48,995 nucleotides of DNA from an uncultured Bacteroidales bacterium (GTDB lineage: Bacteria > Bacteroidota > Bacteroidia > Bacteroidales > F082). The position numbers and the translations under genes were made by a program. The first letter of the stretch is position 1; every line of letters begins with the position of its first letter. Below, piece after piece: positions 7,429 to 16,400 of the stretch. The DNA lies in NCBI GenBank assembly GCA_937877465.1, contig CALFIT010000286.1, forward strand, positions 1-48,995. The letters run 5' to 3'. Under the pieces are notes generated by a model, which saw only the letters and a list, made by a program, of their open reading frames with translations, was not told where the DNA came from and made no database searches.

Positions 7429-9245
7429 AACGTTGGGTCGTCGTCGTGTTGGCCGCTGTGTTGCCACAGATGTTGCTTGCACAAGGCGACCGTGTCGTTT
7501 TTTCTGCCGGCGGAGGGTTCTATGATGCGCCTTTCGCCCTGTCGTTGCAATGCGATGGCGGCTATGAGATTCGTTACACGACGAATGGGGCCACGCCAAC
7601 CGCCCAATCCTTTTTGTACGAAAATCCTTTGCTATTGAATGAAGGATTGTATTCAAAATCAAATATTTACACGATTCAAAACACGATCGATGAGTTGTTT
7701 TATGTTCCCGAAACGGTGCAACATTGCATCACCATTCGGGCGGCGGCTTTCGATGAGGCTTGTCGTCGGGTAGGGCCTGTCGTCACACAGAGCTATTTCA
7801 TCAAGGCGTTGGGCTGCGATACACACGGACTGCCAGTCGTGTCGTTGTGCGCCGATTCGTTGGATTTGTTTGATTACGAGCGCGGCATCATGGTGCCAGG
7901 CGCGAACTATGATCCTGCAAATGCCTATTGGACTGGCAATTACTACCAAAGCGGCAGGGAATGGGAGCGTTTGGTCAATGTGGAGTTTTATGAGCTTGCC
8001 GACAACAGCGGCATCAACCAACAAGCGGGTCTGCGGACGCATGGCGGCACCTCCCGTCGTGGCTTGCAAAAGGGAATGAAACTGTATGCCCGCGAGGAAT
8101 ATGGCACCAAACGCTTCAAGCACAGGTTTTTCGACGCCATCCCCAACGACAGCTTCAAGCATTTGGTGCTCAAGCCTTTCACCGACCAATGGTTTTTGAC
8201 AGGCATTCAGGACGACATCACCAATCGGATGGCCCAACGGCTCAATGTCGAGTCGATGGCTTCGCGTCCGGCCGTGTTGTTCATCAACGGTGAGTATTGG
8301 GGCATCTATTATCTTCACGAAAAGCCTGACGCTCATTATCTTGAGGACCATTTCGGCCATTCCGACGAGGAGTTCAACGTAATGGGCAATTGGCATGGCT
8401 ATTGCGTGGATGGCGACGGCTCCAACTTCGTCACGATGATGGATTGGCTGCAAACCGCCGACCTGACGGTGGACGAAAACTACCAAACCTTGTGTACCTT
8501 GATTGACGTGGATTGCTTCATCGATTACTATTGCCTTGAGCTGTTCATCGCCAACAACGACTGGCCTGCCAACAACATGCGGTGCTACCAATGGCGCGAC
8601 GGCAAGTGGCGTTGGATTTTCTACGACGGCGACGATGCATTGGCGAAGATGGACGAGGATGTCATCTATTACGCAACGACGACCGACGACTTAGGCTGGC
8701 CCACCGATTCGCGCTCGACGCTGATGTTTAGGAAACTACTTGATAACGAGCAGTTTGAGAGCCGTTTTGTTGACTGCTTCAAGCAGTTGCTGTCCTCTCA
8801 GTTTAGCTATGCCTCCACCAAGCCTTTGTTTGATGCCGCTGCCGAAAGGGTGAGGGCCGAGGTGCCGCAACAGGGCGAACGGTTCAACCGTCCCCGTCGC
8901 TTGCGCGATTGGGAATCAGCCATTGCCAAGAATGACGATTTCTTGAAACACCGCGTGAACAACATTCGTGGTCGACTCGGCGACCTCTTCTATATTGATG
9001 ATAGGAGTTTGGTATTCAGTGACTTGTATCCTAATCCTGCTCACTACGAATTACAGTTGACCCTTGTGAGCGAGGGTTTTGCCATTCGCGAAATCGAAGT
9101 GTACGACATGATGGGTAGGTGTGTGGATGTCATGCAGGTGAAGCTGTTTACGGGTGCCAATACAGTGAAGTTGCAGTGTCCTTATGCTCAGGGCGTTTAT
9201 CTTCTGAGATTTGGGAACCAAACGAAACGTTTTGTAATTCAATGA
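7425..9245 (+). CDS. CotH kinase family protein with T9SS C-terminal sorting domain
   Basis: Signal peptide MKRWVVVVLAAVLPQMLLAQ. A chitobiase-C-like segment (GGFYDAPFALSLQC...IRYTTNGATPT). CotH hallmarks: GLRTHGGTSRRGLQKGMKLYAREEYG, INGEYWGIYYLHEKPD, ANNDWPANNMRCYQW...IFYDGDDAL. CTD LYPNPAHYELQL...GVYLLRFGNQTKRFVIQ. Confidence 0.85.
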   Translation: MKRWVVVVLAAVLPQMLLAQGDRVVFSAGGGFYDAPFALSLQCDGGYEIRYTTNGATPTAQSFLYENPLLLNEGLYSKSNIYTIQNTIDELFYVPETVQHCITIRAAAFDEACRRVGPVVTQSYFIKALGCDTHGLPVVSLCADSLDLFDYERGIMVPGANYDPANAYWTGNYYQSGREWERLVNVEFYELADNSGINQQAGLRTHGGTSRRGLQKGMKLYAREEYGTKRFKHRFFDAIPNDSFKHLVLKPFTDQWFLTGIQDDITNRMAQRLNVESMASRPAVLFINGEYWGIYYLHEKPDAHYLEDHFGHSDEEFNVMGNWHGYCVDGDGSNFVTMMDWLQTADLTVDENYQTLCTLIDVDCFIDYYCLELFIANNDWPANNMRCYQWRDGKWRWIFYDGDDALAKMDEDVIYYATTTDDLGWPTDSRSTLMFRKLLDNEQFESRFVDCFKQLLSSQFSYASTKPLFDAAAERVRAEVPQQGERFNRPRRLRDWESAIAKNDDFLKHRVNNIRGRLGDLFYIDDRSLVFSDLYPNPAHYELQLTLVSEGFAIREIEVYDMMGRCVDVMQVKLFTGANTVKLQCPYAQGVYLLRFGNQTKRFVIQ

Positions 9246-9255
9246 GTTGTTAGAT

Positions 9256-11115
9256 ATGAAAAAATCGGAGTTAGATATTTGGAGGTCACAAGGATGCCGA
9301 ACCAAACTAAGGCCTTTGGGATGGAAATGGGCATCGATGTTGGCTTTGCTTCTGCTGTCGCAGTTGGCGATGGCGCAGAGTCCATTGGTCGCTTTCTCTC
9401 GTCCAGGAGGCTTTTATGAGGACAGCTTCGCCCTCGAATTGTCGTGTGGCGAGGCCTGTCACATCTGCTTCACCGTGAATGGCGACACTCCGACGGACAG
9501 CTCAATGCGCTATCAGTCACCGCTTTATCTCGACACAACGCTCTATTCGCCGTCCAATATCTACACCATCAGGGACTGCCTCAGCTCGGTTTTTTATCTC
9601 CCCGACGATGTGGAGCGTGCCATCGTCATCAGGGCGGCGGCTTTCGATGACGACGGCAATCGGGTGAGTCCCGTGGCGACCCAGAGCTATTTCATCCGTG
9701 CCTTGGGCTGTGATTTGCATGGCCTGCCCGTGCTTTCCATCGTGACCGATTCGTTGAGCCTCTTCGACTACGAGACCGGCATCCTCGTTCCGGGCGCCAG
9801 CTTCAATCCGGAGGATTCCGTCTTTTCGGGCAACTACTACAATCGCGGGCGCGACTGGGAACGTTTGATTAATATGGAGTTTTATGAGCCTGACAACCAA
9901 GGTATTAACCAGCAATGTGGCCTGCGTGTGCATGGTGGCGCCTCGCGAGGTTTCCAGCAAAAAGGCCTTCGGCTCTACGCCCGCGAGGAGTATGGCAAGA
10001 AACGCTTCTCACACCGCTTTTTCGAGATGACGCCGATCTACAAGTTCAAGCGCCTCAACCTGCATCCGTTCCGTTGCAGCAACTGGCTCCAGACGGGCGG
10101 TCAGGACTTCCTCTCGCAGAGCATCGCCGCCAACCTCAACTTCGAGTCGTTGGCCGTGCGGCAGACTGTCGTCTTCATCAACGGCGAGTATTGGGGCATC
10201 TACACCTTGGAGGAGTCGGCTGACGAGCGTTATCTTGAAGACCATTACGACGTGAGCCTCAACGAGGTCGTCCTGATGAAGTATTGGGGCGTGCCCGAAT
10301 ATGGCGACCTCACCGAATGGCGGGCACTTTTCTCGTGGATGCGCGAGGCCGACCTCACCCAACCTGAGGACTCGACCTTTGCCTATACGCGTATCGACGT
10401 GCCGTGTTTCATCGACTACCTGCTTTTCGAGACCTTCAGCGCCAACCTCGACTGGCCGTGCAACAACGTCAGGATCTGGCAACCCGTCGCGGGCGAGCCT
10501 TTCCGCATGTTTTTCTACGATGGCGACGGCTGCTTCAGTTGGTATTGGTACAACGCCATGGAAAACGCCACGCAGCAAGACCTTTGTAGCTTGATTATCA
10601 ATCGTTTCCTTGAGAATCCCTATTTCAAGGAGGATGTCTACCGACGCTATTTGGAGTTGAAGTCGACCCATCTCAGCTACGAGAGCATGAAGGCCGTTTT
10701 GGACCATTATCGCGACATCGTCGACGGCGAGGTGGATGGTCAGGCGGCACGTTTCCATTTCCCGACCAACCGCGACCGATGGCTCACCGACATGGACAGT
10801 GCCGACAGGTTCTTGCAGCGCCGTCATTGGTATTACGAAACGGAGTGGGAGTGGAATGTCCTTCCCCAGCATCAGCAAGAGGTCTTGTCGGCGTGCTATC
10901 CCAACCCCTCGGCGGGCAAGTTCCGCATGGGCGCAATGGCCGCGACGAGTGGTGACTACGCCGTTGAAGTCGTCGACATGATGGGCCGCAGGGTCTACGC
11001 CAAGACCGTCGCGTTGCAAGACGGCGAAAACCAGATAGATATGGATGTTTCGCTCCCTGCCGGACTCTATGTTGTCAAGGTTGGCGCCGCGACGCAAAGG
11101 ATTGTAATTGAATAA
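9256..11115 (+). CDS. CotH kinase family protein with T9SS C-terminal sorting domain (tandem paralog)
   Basis: Same motif set as the upstream paralog: GLRVHGGASRGFQQKGLRLYAREEYG, INGEYWGIYTLEESAD, ANLDWPCNNVRIWQP...MFFYDGDGCF. CTD CYPNPSAGKFRM...GLYVVKVGAATQRIVIE. The start is uncertain (ATG at 9256 preferred over TTG at 9247; ATG at 9337 is also possible). Confidence 0.8.
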   Translation: MKKSELDIWRSQGCRTKLRPLGWKWASMLALLLLSQLAMAQSPLVAFSRPGGFYEDSFALELSCGEACHICFTVNGDTPTDSSMRYQSPLYLDTTLYSPSNIYTIRDCLSSVFYLPDDVERAIVIRAAAFDDDGNRVSPVATQSYFIRALGCDLHGLPVLSIVTDSLSLFDYETGILVPGASFNPEDSVFSGNYYNRGRDWERLINMEFYEPDNQGINQQCGLRVHGGASRGFQQKGLRLYAREEYGKKRFSHRFFEMTPIYKFKRLNLHPFRCSNWLQTGGQDFLSQSIAANLNFESLAVRQTVVFINGEYWGIYTLEESADERYLEDHYDVSLNEVVLMKYWGVPEYGDLTEWRALFSWMREADLTQPEDSTFAYTRIDVPCFIDYLLFETFSANLDWPCNNVRIWQPVAGEPFRMFFYDGDGCFSWYWYNAMENATQQDLCSLIINRFLENPYFKEDVYRRYLELKSTHLSYESMKAVLDHYRDIVDGEVDGQAARFHFPTNRDRWLTDMDSADRFLQRRHWYYETEWEWNVLPQHQQEVLSACYPNPSAGKFRMGAMAATSGDYAVEVVDMMGRRVYAKTVALQDGENQIDMDVSLPAGLYVVKVGAATQRIVIE

Positions 11116-11193
11116 AGACGGCGTTGTTCGGCATGGCTTTGGGCGTGATATTGATCCTAACGAAAAAAAATCAAAAAAATCTCACTTTTTCTC

Positions 11194-11223
11194 TTGACAG
11201 TAAAGAAATTTGTTGTACTTTTG
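11194..11223 (+). promoter_or_regulatory. Promoter: TTG, 19-nt spacer, -7 TACTTTTG
   Basis: cTTGac at 11193-11198 and TACTTTTG at 11216-11223. A direct repeat ACTAAT-ta-ACTAAT (11230-11243) lies just downstream, around the predicted TSS. Confidence 0.55.
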
Positions 11224-11266
11224 CAGCGTACTAATTAACTAATACACTAAAACAAAATACAACAAC

Positions 11267-12091
11267 ATGATTGAAATCAACAACTTAGACTTCGGTTACA
11301 AAACGCAACCCGTCTTCAAGAACATCAGCCTTGCTTTCGAGAAAGGCAACATCTACGGCCTTTTGGGCGAGAACGGGGTGGGGAAGACCTCGCTGCTGAA
11401 ACTCATCAGCGGCTTGCAGAAACCCACCGCCGGCACCTGCACCGTCGATGGCGTGGCGGCCTTCAACCGCTGGCCCGAAACCTTGCAGAAGATCTTCTTC
11501 ATCTCCGAGGATTTCGCCATCCCCGAGGGTACACCTATTAATAATGTGCGCGAGTTGGGCGTGTTCTACCCCAACTTCGACGAGAGCCTTTTCCACGAGC
11601 TTTGCAAGGAAATGGAAGTCGTTCCCACGCGCAAGTACGCTGAGATGTCGTTTGGCCAGCAAAAAAAATGTCTGATTGCCACGGCTTTGTCGCTCAACAC
11701 GGACTATCTGCTCTTAGACGAGCCTACCAACGGCTTGGACATCCCCTCCAAGACCCTCTTCCGTCAGGTCATCGCCAAGCACGCCAACGACGACCGCACC
11801 GTCATCATCTCCACCCATCAGGTGAAGGACGTGGAAAACCTCATCGACCCCATCATCATCCTCGACCACGACGAGGTGCTTCTGAAAGCCTCGTTCCGCG
11901 AGATTACGGACAAGCTCTATTTCGACTATGGCATGGAGAAGGTCGATGCCGCGCTCTACAGCGAAATGATCCCCGGCGGCTACGTCAACGTGACGCGCAA
12001 CACTGAAGGCTTGGACAGCAAGGTGAGCATCGACGTGCTGTTCAACACCGTGATGAAAAACAAGGAAACCATCAAACAAATCTTTAGCTAA
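11267..12091 (+). CDS. ABC transporter ATP-binding protein
   Basis: Walker A GENGVGKTS, signature-like FGQQKK, Walker B LLLDEPTNGLD, H-loop STHQ. Confidence 0.9.
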   Translation: MIEINNLDFGYKTQPVFKNISLAFEKGNIYGLLGENGVGKTSLLKLISGLQKPTAGTCTVDGVAAFNRWPETLQKIFFISEDFAIPEGTPINNVRELGVFYPNFDESLFHELCKEMEVVPTRKYAEMSFGQQKKCLIATALSLNTDYLLLDEPTNGLDIPSKTLFRQVIAKHANDDRTVIISTHQVKDVENLIDPIIILDHDEVLLKASFREITDKLYFDYGMEKVDAALYSEMIPGGYVNVTRNTEGLDSKVSIDVLFNTVMKNKETIKQIFS

Positions 12092-12105
12092 TAGGAAGAC
12101 AAGTC

Positions 12106-12945
12106 ATGAACAACACATTCACTTTCAATCGTTTCAAGAACCTCTTGCTGAAAGACGGCAAGATGTATTTCCGCAAATACGGCGTCTCGCTCATCGTGTG
12201 GTGCAGCCTGAACGCCATCTTTTGGATTTTCAACCTGCTGTTTGGCTCGTCAACCACGCCTCCGGTCCGTTTCGGAATGCTTTGCGTTTGGACGGCTTTG
12301 GCCATGATGATGGTGCCAGAGAAGGTTTACGGCAATGCCAATCTCTCGCGCGAGGGTGTGGGCTTCGCCATGCTGCCCGCCTCCTCTTTGGAAAAGTTCG
12401 TCAGCATGTTCATCTACTGCGCCATCGTCACCCCAATCATCGTCTTTTTCGGCGGTTATTTGGTTGACACGCTGCTGTCGCTCTTCCCCTTTGGCGGTTT
12501 CGAGAAACCGATACACATTAACACCTTCAACGATATTTACCGCATAATCAATGACCACGAAGGTGCGGTTCAGGCAGGTGATATGGCTTATCCTTTCGAT
12601 AAGATTATGTCCGTAGGCATGATGCGCACCTCGTTCTACATGTCCATCATCCAGTGGGCGGCCATCTTCATGCTCGGCAACATGCTTTTCAAGAAGCGCA
12701 AGACCGGCAAGACCTTCGCCTGCTTTTTGGGTATCGGTTATGTGCTTTCAACAATCATTGGTGGTGTCGTCTTCGCAAATACAGACCGTATGGAGCAATG
12801 GATGGAAAGATTTTCGGACTTTCCAACAGAGCAAATGGTTCGCCTGTGTCATAACGCAACGATTTGCGGCATGGTCATCGGAATCATCATTACGGGCGTG
12901 CTGCTCTACTTCACCTATCGTAAAATCAAGACCCAAAAATACTAA
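12106..12945 (+). CDS. Polytopic membrane protein, probable permease partner of the ABC ATPase
   Basis: Several hydrophobic helices. Starts 14 nt after the ATPase stop and ends 3 nt before the GntR start. I recognise no family signature. Confidence 0.55.
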   Translation: MNNTFTFNRFKNLLLKDGKMYFRKYGVSLIVWCSLNAIFWIFNLLFGSSTTPPVRFGMLCVWTALAMMMVPEKVYGNANLSREGVGFAMLPASSLEKFVSMFIYCAIVTPIIVFFGGYLVDTLLSLFPFGGFEKPIHINTFNDIYRIINDHEGAVQAGDMAYPFDKIMSVGMMRTSFYMSIIQWAAIFMLGNMLFKKRKTGKTFACFLGIGYVLSTIIGGVVFANTDRMEQWMERFSDFPTEQMVRLCHNATICGMVIGIIITGVLLYFTYRKIKTQKY

Positions 12946-12948
12946 ACC

Positions 12949-13299
12949 ATGGAATTTAACGCACACAAACCCATATACTTGCAGATTTGTTCGCAGCTCT
13001 ATGAACAAATCCTGCGCGGCGACCTGAAAGCCGACGACCGCATCCCCTCGGTGCGCGACTACGGCATCCAGCTCGGCGTGAACCCCAACACCATCATGCG
13101 CTCCTACGAGCACATGACCAACGCGGGCGTCATCTACAACAAGCGCGGCATCGGCTACTTCATCGCGCCCGAGGCCAAGGACATCGTCCTCCGCCAGATG
13201 CGCGACGAGTTCCTCACGAAAGAACTGCCCGAAGTGGTCAGGAAGATGAAGCTCTTGGGCATCAGCCCCGACGAGATGAAAAACGCCTACGGGCTGTAA
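12949..13299 (+). CDS. GntR family transcriptional regulator (short YtrA-like type)
   Basis: Winged-HTH motif DRIPSVRDYGIQLGVNPNTIMRSYEHMTNAGVIYNKRGIGYFI. At 116 aa it has no large effector domain, and it is linked to an ABC transporter. Confidence 0.85.
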   Translation: MEFNAHKPIYLQICSQLYEQILRGDLKADDRIPSVRDYGIQLGVNPNTIMRSYEHMTNAGVIYNKRGIGYFIAPEAKDIVLRQMRDEFLTKELPEVVRKMKLLGISPDEMKNAYGL

Positions 13300-13359
13300 C
13301 TTTTTCGGGCTTTGCCCGTCTTACCGGAAAGTAAATCTCTTTTTCATACCTTGTAATGA

Positions 13360-13394
13360 GAAACGGCTGACCAAGCAAATTGGCCAGCCGTTTC
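13360..13394. terminator. Hairpin between convergent genes (candidate bidirectional terminator)
   Basis: GAAACGGCTGACCAA-gcaaa-TTGGCCAGCCGTTTC, a 15-bp stem with one mismatch. Flanking T/A runs are weak. Confidence 0.5.
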
Positions 13395-13418
13395 CTGTTG
13401 TCGGTGAATGTGTGTCCA

Positions 13419-16400
13419 TCAACGGACAACGCTCACGCGCTTCATGCCCACGCCGTCGTTGGTGTAGATGCGAATCATGTACATGCCTACGCCGAATTGG
13501 CTCATGTCGAGCGTGGTGGCGTCGGCGTTCAGCTCGGTGTCGTAAACCACCTGGCCGAGTTCGTTGACCACCGTGAGGCGTTGCATTCCCTCAGCCTCAA
13601 TGGTGACGTTGCCGTTGGTCGGGTTGGGGAAGAGCTTCACATTCGCGCTGAACTCGTCCACGTCGGTCGAGTTCTTCACGGTGATGTTCAGTGTGCCGTT
13701 GCCGTTGTTGCACTCCGTAGTAGGTGTGGCGGTCAGGACGGCCTCGCCTTTGTAGGTGTCGCTCCATGCGACCACCACCGACTTGCCGTCGTTGGCGGGC
13801 GTGAGCGTACCGGCCTCTTCAGGCGCGATGCTGAAGCCCACCATCACATCGTTGGCGATGGTGTAGGTTGTGGTGGGCGTGAGGCGCACGTCCAATTCAG
13901 TGTCGCCGCTGATTTCGGGTTGGGCAACGGAAGACAGCATTTCTATGGTTACAGAATGTGCAGGAGTAATGGTGCTGCAACCAGTCGCATCGGTCACATT
14001 GGTAACGATAAAGGCAGCGGGGGCATCAAATGTCATGGTGTAGCTGTCGCCTTCAGAAACAAACCCGTCTGTGCCGTCAACCTCCACCATGAAAGGAGCC
14101 GTTCCGATAAAGTTGAACGCAATGTCAACGCTTTCGCCTTCGCAGAAGCTTGCATTTGTTTCACTGACGGTGTAAGTCGGATTTGCGTTCACATTGACGG
14201 TGAAGGTGAGTTCGCCTTCCTCGAAGGTGGTGCTGCACCCGCTGGTGATTTCGGTGATGTTGAAGACGTTTTCACCTACAGGAAGGTGTCCGAGGTCGAT
14301 GGAAGTGCTGTTTTCGTCAAGGCCATACTCTGCACCGTTGATGATGACATAGCCTTGGCCTTCAATACCATACAGGCTGAAATTCATGTAGGCGTTTTCA
14401 CCTTCGCAGAGTTGGACGACGTCAGCTTCCAAAGTCATCTCAGGCATCGGGGTCATCTCGAAGGGATAGTCGTAGGTGACTGAACCACAGCCAGGCGAAA
14501 CGGCAAAAGCGGTCAGGGTGACGCCATTGTTGATGTCGTTGAGTCCGGGCGTATAGGTGGTTTCCAACGCCGAGGCGTCTTCAAACTCTCCGTCGCCATC
14601 GGTCAGCCAAGAGAAGGAAATGTAGTCGCCGGTGATTTCGACCGCTATGGGTTGCGGCTCGCTGACGGCGCAGTAGTTTTGTCCGACAAGAGCGGGGGTG
14701 ATTTCCACTCCGTCCATGATGAACACCGTCATCTCGTCGGTCATCGTCTCGCCGTTGCCCGTGATGGTGAGCGTCAGCGTGGCTTGGTGGTTGGCGATGT
14801 CTTGTGGGCCGGGGGTATACATTGGCATGGCGATGGTGGCATCGTCGAAGGTGCCGTCGCCCGAGGTCGTCCACAGCAGGTTGTCGTAATGGATGGCGTA
14901 GCCGATGATTTGTGCGTCGTTGCCTTCGCAAATGGTCACGTCGTTGCCGGCGGTACCGGCCATGATGCGGGCTGCGGGCAGGCTGACATAGTCGATCCAT
15001 GCGCAGTCGCTGCCGTTGTTGACGCTACCGTCCTTGGTGTACGACCATTTGTAGTTGTGGGTGCCTTCGCTGACGGCGTAGGCGGCCTTGGTCCAAGCCA
15101 CGGTGCCCGACCAAGTGCCCATCTCGTTGTTGTCGATGTAGAAGTGCAGCTTGTCGTAGCCGCTTTCCGACGACACCTTGTAATAGAACGAGATGGTGTC
15201 GTTTGAGCCGGCCTCGTGGCGGAGGGTCAGGTTGGAGGTGACATTGGCAATGCCGGCACCGCCGCTTTTCACGCAGTATTGGCCTTCGTAGGGGTTTTCG
15301 GTGACGAAAGTCCAGGGGTGGGAGGCATCGTTGGACCAGCCTTCGCCAAACTCGCCTGATTCAAAGTCTTCAAGGATGAGTCCTACCTTGACGGAGAAGT
15401 CCTTCTGCTCGGTGTATTGGCCGGAAACGATAGTGAGGACGATGGGGCAGCTGTAGCCTATCGGGGTGTCTTCGCTGATGGTGATGTCGTAGACTGCCGT
15501 CTGGCTGTCGCCGGCATTCAGGTTGTCGAAGCCGACCGTGCTTTCGGCCACGGTGATGTAGGGCGAAAGCATCTGGATGTTGACAGAGGTGGCCGCCGCG
15601 TCGCTGTGGCCACGGTTCTCGATGGCGAAGCTGAGGGTGGCGGTCTCACCGGCATCCAAGCGTCCGTTGCCGTTGCCGTTCACCTCGGTGATGGTCATGC
15701 CGCCGATGGTGAGCACGGGGGCGTAGGCCTTGATGGCGAGGTTGCTGACGTAGGTGTCTTCGCCGTTGGTCACGGTGATGGTGAACGCATTGCTTGTGTT
15801 GTCGGGCACGTTGTCGGCCACGGTGAAGGCGAAGGCGTTCTCAACGGTTTGCATCTCGTTGGGTCCGATGCCGTCGTATTGGGCCGTGCCGTTGGTGATG
15901 GTGATGTAGTCCGAAGTGGTCTCAAGGACGGCTTCAAAGGCATCCATTTGCTCGGAGCCGACGTTCTTCAGGGTGACGTCGAGGTTGATGGCTTCGCCGA
16001 AATCGAGTTGGGCGTTGCCGTTCTGGTCGTTGATGACCTTGCTGTCGAAGACGATGTAAGGGCCGTCGGCGGGGATGACGCTCATCACGGCCTCGTAGCG
16101 GAGGTAGTTCTGGCCCGTAACGACGAGGTGGATCTCGGTGGGAGGCACTTGGGGCGCAAACTCGATGGTTTGCGCGTCGCCTGTGGCTTCGGCCACGGCG
16201 AGGATGTTCCAGCCGCCTTCCGTGTTCTCCCTGACGAGGCTAATCATGCAGCCTTCGGGCGCGGTGATGCTGACTTCGCCCAAGCCGGCGATGACGACGT
16301 CAGGATGCACGACTTCCATCGTCTGTGGCACTTGCGTATAGACGCGCAGGAAGGCGTCGCAGTGGGCAGTGAACATGGTGTAGGTGATGTCCTTGCTTTC

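Noticed and set aside
13300-13359. Small CGGGC-ttt-GCCCG hairpin right after the GntR stop, considered as its terminator
   Set aside because: The stem is only 5 bp and there is no T run. The larger 15-bp hairpin at 13360-13394 is the better candidate, so only that one is listed.
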